This document shows positions 1 to 21,732 of a DNA stretch of 64,000 nucleotides, piece by piece. Below the pieces are notes generated by a model, which saw nothing but the letters and a program-made list of their open reading frames with translations, ran no database searches and had not been told where the DNA came from. A program made the position numbers and the translations under genes. The DNA is from the human T2T-CHM13v2.0 reference genome, Homo sapiens. Location of the stretch: NCBI RefSeq assembly GCF_009914755.1, contig NC_060948.1; one strand, written 5' to 3'. Positions within the stretch are counted from its first letter, which is position 1. The number at the start of each line of letters is the position of its first letter.

Positions 1-532
1 ACTCTGCTTGGTATAATAATCAAATGTATAAACTGAGGAATAAAACATAACCATGAAACCTACTTATAACTGCATATGGAAAATACAGAGGATAATTTTT
101 TAAATAACATATTTTGAAAGCCTTAACTAGTAATTTGAAGAGTTGGCATTTGAAAGGCCAGTATGAATATACCTTCAAATCAGCAACACAGGTTCCCCAT
201 GAGAAAAAGCAAACACAGGGAAAACAAAAACACAAATGTTCAATCTCTTCTGACCTTTGAAAGACACAGCACAGACAGTGGTCCTTAGGACGAAGAGCAG
301 GAGACCCCTAATTCCGTCACCATGGCGATAGGGCATAAACATTGCTGGGTGAGGGCACAATCCACATTGTGAGGTCCAACTGCTGCCAGGAAGACAGGAG
401 TGCTTTTACATAGACCGAAAGGTCATTGAAGGCTCAGAGTTTTGTTTCAAGAACTGAATCCCAAGCCCACACGTTATTAGGCTGCGCTTCTTAAAACAAG
501 TTATGAGATGGGAAAAAGGGCACCCACAAACA
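1..532. repeat. HSATI-like segment of unit 1 (truncated by window start)
   Basis: Moderate-GC, non-simple sequence ending at ...GGGCACCCACAAACA, where composition switches abruptly to TA-rich. The name is inferred from the known DYZ2 composition. Confidence 0.75.
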
Positions 533-2382
<1,850 letters not shown>

Positions 2383-2952
2383 AGATCCATATTTTTTAAA
2401 TGAAAAAAAATTTCAAAGGTACTCTGCTTGGTACAATAATCAAATGTATAAACTGAGGAATAAAACATAACCATGAAACCTACTTATAACTGCATATGGA
2501 AAATACAGAGGATAATTTTTTAAATAACATATTTTGAAAGCCTTAACTAGTAATTTGAAGAGTTGGCATTTGAAAGGCCAGTATGAATATACCTTCAAAG
2601 CAGCAACACAGGTTCCCCATGAGAAAAAGCAAACACAGGGAAAATAAAAACACAAAGGTTCAATCTCTTCTGACCTTTGAAAGACACAGCACAGACAGTG
2701 GTCCTTAGGACGAAGAGCAGGAGACCCCTAATTCCGTCACCATGGCGATACGGCATAAACATTGCTGGGTGAGGGCACAATCCACATTGTGAGGTCCAAC
2801 TGCTGCCAGGAAGACAGGAGTGCTTTTACATAGACCGAAAGGTCATTGAAGGCTCAGAGTTTTGTTTCAAGAACTGAATCCCAAGCCCACACGTTATTAG
2901 GCTGCGCTTCTTAAAACAAGTTATGAGATGGGAAAAAGGGCACCCACAAACA
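2383..2952. repeat. Complete HSATI-like segment, representative copy (recurs after every Alu)
   Basis: About 570 bp between the Alu 5' end and the AT-rich block. Boundaries are approximate. Confidence 0.75.
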
Positions 2953-4482
2953 TACGTATACATTATGTATATAATAATATACAGTATCATATATATAATA
3001 TATATAACCTATGTATAATATTGTTTTACATCCTGCATCTTATGTTATATATATTGTATAAAATATAATAATTGATAATATATAAGTTTTATAATTATAC
3101 AATATGACATATAGTATATATTATAATTTATGACATATATAATATATGTTATATATCATATATAGAATATATTATACGGTTAATATACGTATTAAATATA
3201 AATTATACATTATATATATTATATATAATATATCTGTTATATATAATACCCATTATGCATAATATATATATTATGTCTATGTTATATATAGTATAAAACA
3301 ACATATAATAATATATAATTGTATATATAAAATGCGACATATAATATATATTATATTTTATAACATATGTAATATATATTATATATAATACGTTGTATGT
3401 ATAATACCTATATTAAATATATATTATATGACTATGTTATTAATTACATGTCACATGTGTTATATATTATATATTTTACATAGAATATACCGGTTACATA
3501 CAATATATACTATGTTTCCTATAATGTATAATTTATTACATGTAAAATAAAGAATGCAATATATTATGTATAATTTATAATATACAATATGTGGAATGTG
3601 ACATATGTAACATATAATATATGATATATCATATACAGTATATGATATATAACATACAATATATGATTCCTAATATATACGGTATACAATATATATTTTA
3701 TGATATGTATTCTATATGTTTTATATTCTGTTATATATAACTATTTGAAATTATATATAACTGTATAATATTTTATGTAAATATGTAATATAATATATAT
3801 AACTATATAATATATTATATATAACTATATATTATGTTATATATACTTTTATAACATAATTTACATAAAATATCATAATATACTATATATTATATTATTT
3901 CATATTACATAATATATAATACATATCACCCAATATAACTAACATACATAATATTATAATATAGATTATATTATGTTATATTAAATATCATATATATCAT
4001 GTATCATATATTCTATAATATATATTACACATTATATAATATGTATGTTGTCTATTATGTGATATATATAACTCAATATATAATTATATTTTTATACATA
4101 TAACTAGATAAACATGTAATTCTACATATTTTCATTTATAATATGTAGAATTATATAATCATATATAATTATTTATATTCTATAAAAAATTTTATCATTA
4201 TATAAATTATAATATATAAAAATTATAATATGTACTACAAATATATATATATTATATATCATATATGATATAGTACCTTTGTTATATATCATAATACATA
4301 TAAATGTGTATTATGTTATCTATAATTATATAATTTCATATATAAGATGTATAATATGTATCATATATTATATATGTTATGTAATATATATAGTATATAT
4401 AAGATGACACAGGATAAATATTATATACTATGACATATAAAATATATGAGGTTATATGTTACATATAAGGCATAGCACATAA

Positions 4483-4797
<315 letters not shown>

Positions 4798-6903
4798 AGA
4801 TCCATATTTTGTAAATGAAAAAAAATTTCAAAGGTACTCTGCTTGGTACAATAATCAAATGTATAAACTGAGGAATAAAACATAACCATGAAACCTACTT
4901 ATAACTGCATATGGAAAATACAGAGGATAATTTTTAAGTAACATATTTTGAAAGCCTTAACTAGTAATTTGAAGAGTTGGCATTTGAAAGGCCAGTATGA
5001 ATAAACCTTCAAAGCAGCAACACAGGTTCCCCATGAGAAAAAGCAAACACAGGGAAAATAAAAACACAAAGGTTCAATCTCTTCTGACCTTTGAAAGACA
5101 CAGCACAGACAGTGGTCCTTAGGACGAAGAGCAGGAGACCCCTAATTCCGTCACCATGGCGATAGGGCATAAACATTGCTGAGTGAGGGCACAATCCACA
5201 TTGTGAGGTCCAACTGCTGCCAGGAAGACAGGAGTGCTTTTACATAGACCGAAAGGTCATTGAAGGCTCAGAGTTTTGTTTCAAGAACTGAATCCCAAGC
5301 CCACACGTTATTAGGCTGCGCTTCTTAAAACAAGTTATGAGATGGGAAAAAGGGCACCCACAAACATACGTATACATTATGTATATAATAATATACTGTA
5401 TCATATATATAATATATATAACCTATGTATAATATTGTTTTACATCCTGCATCTTATGTTATATATATTGTATAAAATATAATAATTGATAATATATAAG
5501 TTTTATAATTATACAATATGACATATAGTATATATTATAATTTATGACATATATAATATATGTTATATATCATATATAGAATATATTATACGGTTAATAT
5601 ACGTATTAAATATAAATTATACCTTATATATATTATATATAATATATCTGTTATATATAATACCCATTATGCATAATATATATATTATGTCTATGTTATA
5701 TATAGTATAAAACAACATATTATAATATATAATTGTATATATAAAATGCGACATATAATATATATTATATTTTATAACATATGTAATATATATTATATAT
5801 TATATATAATACGTTGTATGTATAATACCTATATTAAATATATATTATATGACTATGTTATTAATTACATGTCACATGTGTTATATATTATATATTTTAC
5901 ATAGAATATACCGGTTACATACAATATATACTATGTTACCTATAATGTATAATTTATTACATGTAAAATAAAGAATGCAATATATTATGTATAATTTATA
6001 ATATACAATATGTGGAATGTGACATATGTAACATATAATATATGATATATGATATACAGTATATGATATATAACATACAATATATGATTCCTAATATATA
6101 TGGTATACAATATATATTTTATGATATGTATTCTATATGTTTTATATTCTGTTATATATAACTATTTGAAATTATATATAACTGTATAATATTTTATGTA
6201 AATATGTAATATAATATATATAACTATATAATATATTATATATAACTATATATTATGTTATATATACTTTTATAACATAATTTACATAAAATATCATAAT
6301 ATAATATATATTATATTATTTCATATTACATAATATATATTACATATCACCCAATATAACTAACATACATAATATTATAATATAGATTATATTATGTTAT
6401 ATTAAATATCATATATATCATGTATCATATATTCTATAATATATATTACACATTATATAATATGTATGTTGTCTATTATGTGATATATATAACTCAATAT
6501 ATAATTATATTTTTATACATATAACTAGATAAACATGTAATTCTACATATTTTCATTTATAATATGTAGAATTATATAATCATATATAATTATTTATATT
6601 CTATAAAAAATTTTATCATTATATAAATTATAATATATAAAAATTATAATATGTACTACAAATATATATATATTATATATCATATATGATATAGTACCTT
6701 TGTTATATATCATAATACATATAAATGTGTATTATGTTATCTATAATTATATAATTTCATATATAAGATGTATAATATGTATCATATATTATATATGTTA
6801 TGTAATATATATAGTATATATAAGATGACACAGGATAAATATTATATACTATGACATATAAAATATATGAGGTTATATGTTACATATAAGGCATAGCACA
6901 TAA

Positions 6904-7218
<315 letters not shown>

Positions 7219-9324
7219 AGATCCATATTTTGTAAATGAAAAAAAATTTCAAAGGTACTCTGCTTGGTACAATAATCAAATGTATAAACTGAGGAATAAA
7301 ACATAACCATGAAACCTACTTATAACTGCATATGGAAAATACAGAGGATAATTTTTAAGTAACATATTTTGAAAGCCTTAACTAGTAATTTGAAGAGTTG
7401 GCATTTGAAAGGCCAGTATGAATAAACCTTCAAAGCAGCAACACAGGTTCCCCATGAGAAAAAGCAAACACAGGGAAAATAAAAACACAAAGGTTCAATC
7501 TCTTCTGACCTTTGAAAGACACAGCACAGACAGTGGTCCTTAGGACGAAGAGCAGGAGACCCCTAATTCCGTCACCATGGCGATAGGGCATAAACATTGC
7601 TGAGTGAGGGCACAATCCACATTGTGAGGTCCAACTGCTGCCAGGAAGACAGGAGTGCTTTTACATAGACCGAAAGGTCATTGAAGGCTCAGAGTTTTGT
7701 TTCAAGAACTGAATCCCAAGCCCACACGTTATTAGGCTGCGCTTCTTAAAACAAGTTATGAGATGGGAAAAAGGGCACCCACAAACATACGTATACATTA
7801 TGTATATAATAATATACTGTATCATATATATAATATATATAACCTATGTATAATATTGTTTTACATCCTGCATCTTATGTTATATATATTGTATAAAATA
7901 TAATAATTGATAATATATAAGTTTTATAATTATACAATATGACATATAGTATATATTATAATTTATGACATATATAATATATGTTATATATCATATATAG
8001 AATATATTATACGGTTAATATACGTATTAAATATAAATTATACCTTATATATATTATATATAATATATCTGTTATATATAATACCCATTATGCATAATAT
8101 ATATATTATGTCTATGTTATATATAGTATAAAACAACATATTATAATATATAATTGTATATATAAAATGCGACATATAATATATATTATATTTTATAACA
8201 TATGTAATATATATTATATATTATATATAATACGTTGTATGTATAATACCTATATTAAATATATATTATATGACTATGTTATTAATTACATGTCACATGT
8301 GTTATATATTATATATTTTACATAGAATATACCGGTTACATACAATATATACTATGTTACCTATAATGTATAATTTATTACATGTAAAATAAAGAATGCA
8401 ATATATTATGTATAATTTATAATATACAATATGTGGAATGTGACATATGTAACATATAATATATGATATATGATATACAGTATATGATATATAACATACA
8501 ATATATGATTCCTAATATATATGGTATACAATATATATTTTATGATATGTATTCTATATGTTTTATATTCTGTTATATATAACTATTTGAAATTATATAT
8601 AACTGTATAATATTTTATGTAAATATGTAATATAATATATATAACTATATAATATATTATATATAACTATATATTATGTTATATATACTTTTATAACATA
8701 ATTTACATAAAATATCATAATATAATATATATTATATTATTTCATATTACATAATATATATTACATATCACCCAATATAACTAACATACATAATATTATA
8801 ATATAGATTATATTATGTTATATTAAATATCATATATATCATGTATCATATATTCTATAATATATATTACACATTATATAATATGTATGTTGTCTATTAT
8901 GTGATATATATAACTATATATATAATTATATTTTTATACATATAACTAGATAAACATGTAATTCTACATATTTTCATTTATAATATGTAGAATTATATAA
9001 TCATATATAATTATTTATATTCTATAAAAAATTTTATCATTATATAAATTATAATATATAAAAATTATAATATGTACTACAAATATATATATATTATATA
9101 TCATATATGATATAGTACCTTTGTTATATATCATAATACATATAAATGTGTATTATGTTATCTATAATTATATAATTTCATATATAAGATGTATAATATG
9201 TATCATATATTATATATGTTATGTAATATATATAGTATATATAAGATGACACAGGATAAATATTATATACTATGACATATAAAATATATGAGGTTATATG
9301 TTACATATAAGGCATAGCACATAA

Positions 9325-9639
<315 letters not shown>

Positions 9640-11742
9640 AGATCCATATTTTGTAAATGAAAAAAAATTTCAAAGGTACTCTGCTTGGTACAATAATCAA
9701 ATGTATAAACTGAGGAATAAAACATAACCATGAAACCTACTTATAACTGCATATGGAAAATACAGAGGATAATTTTTTAAATAACATATTTTGAAAGCCT
9801 TAACTAGTAATTTGAAGAGTTGGCATTTGAAAGGCCAGTATGAATAAACCTTCAAAGCAGCAACACAGGTTCCCCATGAGAAAAAGCAAACACAGGGAAA
9901 ATAAAAACACAAAGGTTCAATCTCTTCTGACCTTTGAAAGACACAGCACAGACAGTGGTCCTTAGGACGAAGAGCAGGAGACCCCTAATTCCGTCACCAT
10001 GGCGATAGGGCATAAACATTGCTGGGTGAGGGCACAATCCACATTGTGAGGTCCAACTGCTGCCAGGAAGACAGGAGTGCTTTTACATAGACCGAAAGGT
10101 CATTGAAGGCTCAGAGTTTTGTTTCAAGAACTGAATCCCAAGCCCACACGTTATTAGGCTGCGCTTCTTAAAACAAGTTATGAGATGGGAAAAAGGGCAC
10201 CCACAAACATACGTATACATTATGTATATAATAATATACTGTATCATATATATAATATATATAACCTATGTATAATATTGTTTTACATCCTGCATCTTAT
10301 GTTATATATATTGTATAAAATATAATAATTGATAATATATAAGTTTTATAATTATACAATATGACATATAGTATATATTATAATTTATGACATATATAAT
10401 ATATGTTATATATCATATATAGAATATATTATACGGTTAATATACGTATTAAATATAAATTATACCTTATATATATTATATATATTATATCTGTTATATA
10501 TAATACCCATTATGCATAATATATATATTATGTCTATGTTATATATAGTATAAAACAACATATAATAATATATAATTGTATATATAAAATGCGACATATA
10601 ATATATATTATATTTTATAACATATGTAATATATATTATATATTATATATAATACGTTGTATGTATAATACCTATATTAAATATATATTATATGACTATG
10701 TTATTAATTACATGTCACATGTGTTATATATTATATATTTTACATAGAATATACCGGTTACATACAATATATACTATGTTACCTATAATGTATAATTTTT
10801 TACATGTAAAATAAAGAATGCAATATATTATGTATAATTTATAATATACCATATGTGGAATGTGATATATATAACATATAATATATGATATATGATATAC
10901 AGTATATGATATATAACATACAATATATGATTCCTAATATATATGGTATACAATATATATTTTATGATATGTATTCTATATGTTTTATATTCTGTTATAT
11001 ATAACTATTTGAAATTATATATAACTGTATAATATTTTATGTAAATATGTAATATAATATATATAACTATATAATATATTATATATAACTATATATTATG
11101 TTATATATACTTTTATAACATAATTTACATAAAATATCATAATATAATATATATTATATTATTTCATATTACATAATATATATTACATATCACCCAATAT
11201 AAGTAACATACATAATATTATAATATAGATTATATTGTGTTATATTAAATATCATATATATCATGTATCATATATTCTATAATATATATTACACATTATA
11301 TAATATGTATGTTGTCTATTTTGTGATATACATAACTATATATAATTATATTTTTATACATATAACTAGATAAACATGTAATTCTACATATTTTCATTTA
11401 TAATATGTAGAATTATATAATCATATATAATTATTTATATTCTATAAAAAATTTTATCATTATATAAATTATAATATATAAAAATTATAATATGTATAAC
11501 AAATATATATATTATATATCATATATGATATAGTACCTTTGTTATATATCATAATACATATAAATGTGTATTATGTTATCTATAATTATATAATTTCATA
11601 TAAAAGATGTATAATATGTATCATATATTATATATGTTATGTAATATATATAGTATATATAAGATGACACAGGATAAATATTATATACTATGACATATAA
11701 AATATATGAGGTTATATGTTACATATAAGGCATAGCACATAA

Positions 11743-12057
<315 letters not shown>

Positions 12058-14157
12058 AGATCCATATTTTGTAAATGAAAAAAAATTTCAAAGGTACTCT
12101 GCTTGGTACAATAATCAAATGTATAAACTGAGGAATAAAACATAACCATGAAACCTACTTATAACTGCATATGGAAAATACAGAGGATAATTTTTTAAAT
12201 AACATATTTTGAAAGCCTTAACTAGTAATTTGAAGAGTTGGCATTTGAAAGGCCAGTATGAATATACCTTCAAAGCAGCAACACAGGTTCCCCATGAGAA
12301 AAAGCAAACACAGGGAAAATAAAAACACAAAGGTTCAATCTCTTCTGACCTTTGAAAGACACAGCACAGACAGTGGTCCTTAGGACGAAGAGCAGGAGAC
12401 CCCTAATTCCGTCACCATGGCGATAGGGCATAAACATTGCTGGGTGAGGGCACAATCCACATTGTGAGGTCCAACTGCTGCCAGGAAGACAGGAGTGCTT
12501 TTACATAGACCGAAAGGTCATTGAAGGCTCAGAGTTTTGTTTCAAGAACTGAATCCCAAGCCCACACGTTATTAGGCTGCGCTTCTTAAAACAAGTTATG
12601 AGATGGGAAAAAGGGCACCCACAAACATACGTATACATTATGTATATAATAATATACAGTATCATATATATAATATATATAACCTATGTATAATATTGTT
12701 TTACATCCTGCATCTTATGTTATATATATTGTATAAAATATAATAATTGATAATATATAAGTTTTATAATTATACAATATGACATATAGTATATATTATA
12801 ATTTATGACATATATAATATATGTTATATATCATATATAGAATATATTATACGGTTAATATACGTATTAAATATAAATTATACATTATATATATTATATA
12901 TAATATATCTGTTATATATAATACCCATTATGCATAATATATATATTATGTCTATGTTATATATAGTATAAAACAACATATAATAATATATAATTGTATA
13001 TATAAAATGCGACATATAATATATATTATATTTTATAACATATGTAATATATATTATATATAATACGTTGTATGTATAATACCTATATTAAATATATATT
13101 ATATGACTATGTTATTAATTACATGTCACATGTGTTATATATTATATATTTTACATAGAATATACCGGTTACATACAATATATACTATGTTTCCTATAAT
13201 GTATAATTTATTACATGTAAAATAAAGAATGCAATATATTATGTATAATTTATAATATACAATATGTGGAATGTGACATATGTAACATATAATATATGAT
13301 ATATGATATACAGTATATGATATATAACATACAATATATGATTCCTAATATATACGGTATACAATATATATTTTATGATATGTATTCTATATGTTTTATA
13401 TTCTGTTATATATAACTATTTGAAATTATATATAACTGTATAATATTTTATGTAAATATGTAATATAATATATATAACTATATAATATATTATATATAAC
13501 TATATATTATGTTATATATACTTTTATAACATAATTTACATAAAATATCATAATATACTATATATTATATTATTTCATATTACATAATATATATTACATA
13601 TCACCCAATATAACTAACATACATAATATTATAATATAGATTATATTGTGTTATATTAAATATCATATATATCATGTATCATATATTCTATAATATATAT
13701 TACACATTATATAATATGTATGTTGTCTATTATGTGATATATATAACTCAATATATAATTATATTTTTATACATATAACTAGATAAACATGTAATTCTAC
13801 ATATTTTCATTTATAATATGTAGAATTATATAATCATATATAATTATTTATATTCTATAAAAAATTTTATCATTATATAAATTATAATATATAAAAATTA
13901 TAATATGTACTACAAATATATATATATTATATATCATATATGATATAGTACCTTTGTTATATATCATAATACGTATAAATGTGTATTATGTTATCTATAA
14001 TTATATAATTTCATATATAAGATGTATAATATGTATCATATATTATATATGTTATGTAATATATATAGTATATATAAGATGACACAGGATAAATATTATA
14101 TACTATGACATATAAAATATATGAGGTTATATATTACATATAAGGCATAGCACATAA

Positions 14158-14472
<315 letters not shown>

Positions 14473-16577
14473 AGATCCATATTTTGTAAATGAAAAAAAA
14501 TTTCAAAGGTACTCTGCTTGGTACAATAATCAAATGTATAAACTGAGGAATAAAACATAACCATGAAACCTACTTATAACTGCATATGGAAAATACAGAG
14601 GATAATTTTTTAAATAACATATTTTGAAAGCCTTAACTAGTAATTTGAAGAGTTGGCATTTGAAAGGCCAGTATGAATAAACCTTCAAAGCAGCAACACA
14701 GGTTCCCCATGAGAAAAAGCAAACACAGGGAAAATAAAAACACAAAGGTTCAATCTCTTCTGACCTTTGAAAGACACAGCACAGACAGTGGTCCTTAGGA
14801 CGAAGAGCAGGAGACCCCTAATTCCGTCACCATGGCGATAGGGCATAAACATTGCTGGGTGAGGGCACAATCCACATTGTGAGGTCCAACTGCTGCCAGG
14901 AAGACAGGAGTGCTTTTACATAGACCGAAAGGTCATTGAAGGCTCAGAGTTTTGTTTCAAGAACTGAATCCCAAGCCCACACGTTATTAGGCTGCGCTTC
15001 TTAAAACAAGTTATGAGATGGGAAAAAGGGCACCCACAAACATACGTATACATTATGTATATAATAATATACTGTATCATATATATAATATATATAACCT
15101 ATGTATAATATTGTTTTACATCCTGCATCTTATGTTATATATATTGTATAAAATATAATAATTGATAATATATAAGTTTTATAATTATACAATATGACAT
15201 ATAGTATATATTATAATTTATGACATATATAATATATATTATATATCATATATAGAATATATTATACGGTTAATATACGTATTAAATATAAATTATACCT
15301 TATATATATTATATATAATATATCTGTTATATATAATACCCATTATGCATAATATATATATTATGTCTATGTTATATATAGTATAAAACAACATATTATA
15401 ATATATAATTGTATATATAAAATGCGACATATAATATATATTATATTTTATAACATATGTAATATATATTATATATTATATATAATACGTTGTATGTATA
15501 ATACCTATATTAAATATATATTATATGACTATGTTATTAATTACATGTCACATGTGTTATATATTATATATTTTACATAGAATATACCGGTTACATACAA
15601 TATATACTATGTTACCTATAATGTATAATTTATTACATGTAAAATAAAGAATGCAATATATTATGTATAATTTATAATATACAATATGTGGAATGTGACA
15701 TATGTAACATATAATATATGATATATGATATACAGTATATGATATATAACATACAATATATGATTCCTAATATATATGGTATACAATATATATTTTATGA
15801 TATGTATTCTATATGTTTTATATTCTGTTATATATAACTATTTGAAATTATATATAACTGTATAATATTTTATGTAAATATGTAATATAATATATATAAC
15901 TATATAATATATTATATATAACTATATATTATGTTATATATACTTTTATAACATAATTTACATAAAATATCATAATATAATATATATTATATTATTTCAT
16001 ATTACATAATATATATTACATATCACCCAATATAACTAACATACATAATATTATAATATAGATTATATTATGTTATATTAAATATCATATATATCATGTA
16101 TCATATATTCTATAATATATATTACACATTATATAATATGTATGTTGTCTATTATGTGATATATATAACTCAATATATAATTATATTTTTATACATATAA
16201 CTAGATAAACATGTAATTCTACATATTTTCATTTATAATATGTAGAATTATATAATCATATATAATTATTTATATTCTATAAAAAATTTTATCATTATAT
16301 AAATTATAATATATAAAAATTAAAATATGTACTACAAATATATATATTATATATCTTATATGATATAGTACCTTTGTTATATATCATAATACATATAAAT
16401 GTGTATTATGTTATCTATAATTATATAATTTCATATATAAGATGTATAATATGTATCATATATTATATATGTTATGTAATATATATAGTATACATAAGAT
16501 GACACAGGATAAATATTATATACTATGACATATAAAATATATGAGGTTATATGTTACATATAAGGCATAGCACATAA

Positions 16578-16892
<315 letters not shown>

Positions 16893-18999
16893 AGATCCAT
16901 ATTTTGTAAATGAAAAAAAATTTCAAAGGTACTCTGCTTGGTACAATAATCAAATGTATAAACTGAGGAATAAAACATAACCATGAAACCTACTTATAAC
17001 TGCATATGGAAAATACAGAGGATAATTTTTTAAATAACATATTTTGAAAGCCTTAACTAGTAATTTGAAGAGTTGGCATTTGAAAGGCCAGTATGAATAA
17101 ACCTTCAAAGCAGCAACACAGGTTCCCCATGAGAAAAAGCAAACACAGGGAAAATAAAAACACAAAGGTTCAATCTCTTCTGACCTTTGAAAGACACAGC
17201 ACAGACAGTGGTCCTTAGGACGAAGAGCAGGAGACCCCTAATTCCGTCACCATGGCGATAGGGCATAAACATTGCTGGGTGAGGGCACAATCCACATTGT
17301 GAGGTCCAACTGCTGCCAGGAAGACAGGAGTGCTTTTACATAGACCGAAAGGTCATTGAAGGCTCAGAGTTTTGTTTCAAGAACTGAATCCCAAGCCCAC
17401 ACGTTATTAGGCTGCGCTTCTTAAAACAAGTTATGAGATGGGAAAAAGGGCACCCACAAACATACGTATACATTATGTATATAATAATATACTGTATCAT
17501 ATATATAATATATATAACCTATGTATAATATTGTTTTACATCCTGCATCTTATGTTATATATATTGTATAAAATATAATAACTGATAATATATAAGTTTT
17601 ATAATTATACAATATGACATATAGTATATATTATAATTTATGACATATATAATATATGTTATATATCATATATAGAATATATTATACGGTTAATATACGT
17701 ATTAAATATAAATTATACCTTATATATATTATATATAATATATCTGTTATATATAATACCCATTATGCATAATATATATATTATGTCTATGTTATATATA
17801 GTATAAAACAACATATTATAATATATAATTGTATATATAAAATGCGACATATAATATATATTATATTTTATAACATATGTAATATATATTATATATTATA
17901 TATAATACGTTGTATGTATAATACCTATATTAAATATATATTATATGACTATGTTATTAATTACATGTCACATGTGTTATATATTATATATTTTACATAG
18001 AATATACCGGTTACATACAATATATACTATGTTACCTATAATGTATAATTTATTACATGTAAAATAAAGAATGCAATATATTATGTATAATTTATAATAT
18101 ACAATATGTGGAATGTGACATATGTAACATATAATATATGATATATGATATACAGTATATGATATATAACATACAATATATGATTCCTAATATATATGGT
18201 ATACAATATATATTTTATGGTATGTATTCTATATGTTTTATATTCTGTTATATATAACTATTTGAAATTATATATAACTGTATAATATTTTATGTAAATA
18301 TGTAATATAATATATATAACTATATAATATATTATATATAACTATATATTATGTTATATATACTTTTATAACATAATTTACATAAAATATCATAATATAA
18401 TATATATTATATTATTTCATATTACATAATATATATTACATATCACCCAATATAACTAACATACATAATATTATAATATAGATTATATTATGTTATATTA
18501 AATATCATATATATCATGTATCATATATTCTATAATATATATTACACATTATATAATATGTATGTTGTCTATTATGTGATATATATAACTCAATATATAA
18601 TTATATTTTTATACATATAACTAGATAAACATGTAATTCTACATATTTTCATTTATAATATGTAGAATTATATAATCATATATAATTATTTATATTCTAT
18701 AAAAAATTTTATCATTATATAAATTATAATATATAAAAATTATAATATGTACTACAAATATATATATATTATATATCATATATGATATAGTACCTTTGTT
18801 ATATATCATAATACATATAAATGTGTATTATGTTATCTATAATTATATAATTTCATATATAAGATGTATAATATGTATCATATATTATATATGTTATGTA
18901 ATATATATAGTATATATAAGATGACACAGGATAAATATTATATACTATGACATATAAAATATATGAGGTTATATGTTACATATAAGGCATAGCACATAA

Positions 19000-19314
<315 letters not shown>

Positions 19315-21419
19315 AGATCCATATTTTGTAAATGAAAAAAAATTTCAAAGTTACTCTGCTTGGTACAATAATCAAATGTATAAACTGAGGAATAAAACAT
19401 AACCATGAAACCTACTTATAACTGCATATGGAAAATACAGAGGATAATTTTTTAAATAACATATTTTGAAAGCCTTAACTAGTAATTTGAAGAGTTGGCA
19501 TTTGAAAGGCCAGTATGAATAAACCTTCAAAGCAGCAACACAGGTTCCCCATGAGAAAAAGCAAACACAGGGAAAATAAAAACACAAAGGTTCAATCTCT
19601 TCTGACCTTTGAAAGACACAGCACAGACAGTGGTCCTTAGGACGAAGAGCAGGAGACCCCTAATTCCGTCACCATGGCGATAGGGCATAAACATTGCTGG
19701 GTGAGGGCACAATCCACATTGTGAGGTCCAACTGCTGCCAGGAAGACAGGAGTGCTTTTACATAGACCGAAAGGTCATTGAAGGCTCAGAGTTTTGTTTC
19801 AAGAACTGAATCCCAAGCCCACACGTTATTAGGCTGCGCTTCTTAAAACAAGTTATGAGATGGGAAAAAGGGCACCCACAAACATACGTATACATTATGT
19901 ATATAATAATATACTGTATCATATATATAATATATATAACCTATGTATAATATTGTTTTACATCCTGCATCTTATGTTATATATATTGTATAAAATATAA
20001 TAATTGATAATATATAAGTTTTATAATTATACAATATGACATATAGTATATATTATAATTTATGACATATATAATATATGTTATATATCATATATAGAAT
20101 ATATTATACGGTTAATATACGTATTAAATATAAATTATACCTTATATATATTATATATAATATATCTGTTATATATAATACCCATTATGCATAATATATA
20201 TATTATGTCTATGTTATATATAGTATAAAACAACATATTATAATATATAATTGTATATATAAAATGCGACATATAATATATATTATATTTTATAACATAT
20301 GTAATATATATTATATATTATATATAATACGTTGTATGTATAATACCTATATTAAATATATATTATATGACTATGTTATTAATTACATGTCACATGTGTT
20401 ATATATTATATATTTTACATAGAATATACCGGTTACATACAATATATACTATGTTACCTATAATGTATAATTTATTACATGTAAAATAAAGAATGCAATA
20501 TATTATGTATAATTTATAATATACAATATGTGGAATGTGACATATGTAACATATAATATATGATATATGATATACAGTATATGATATATAACATACAATA
20601 TATGATTCCTAATATATATGGTATACAATATATATTTTATGATATGTATTCTATATGTTTTATATTCTGTTATATATAACTATTTGAAATTATATATAAC
20701 TGTATAATATTTTATGTAAATATGTAATATAATATATATAACTATATAATATATTATATATAACTATATATTATGTTATATATACTTTTATAACATAATT
20801 TACATAAAATATCATAATATAATATATATTATATTATTTCATATTACATAATATATATTACATATCACCCAATATAACTAACATACATAATATTATAATA
20901 TAGATTATATTATGTTATATTAAATATCATATATATCATGTATCATATATTCTATAATATATATTACACATTATATAATATGTATGTTGTCTATTATGTG
21001 ATATATATAACTCAATATATAATTATATTTTTATACATATAACTAGATAAACATGTAATTCTACATATTTTCATTTATAATATGTAGAATTATATAATCA
21101 TATATAATTATTTATATTCTATAAAAAATTTTATCATTATATAAATTATAATATATAAAAATTATAATATGTACTACAAATATATATATTATATATCTTA
21201 TATGATATAGTACCTTTGTTATATATCATAATATATATAAATGTGTATTATGTTATCTATAATTATAGAATTTCATATATAAGATGTATAATATGTATCA
21301 TATATTATATATGTTATGTAATATATATAGTATATATAAGATGACACAGGATAAATATTATATACTATGACATATAAAATATATGAGGTTATATGTTACA
21401 TATAAGGCATAGCACATAA

Positions 21420-21732
<313 letters not shown>

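Noticed and set aside
316-328. Kozak-like GTCACCATGGCG plus many TATA and AATAAA motifs
   Set aside because: The ATG is followed quickly by stops (ATG GCG ATA GGG CAT AAA CAT TGC TGG GTG AGG GCA CAA TCC ACA TTG TGA). TATA and AATAAA words are expected by chance at this AT content.
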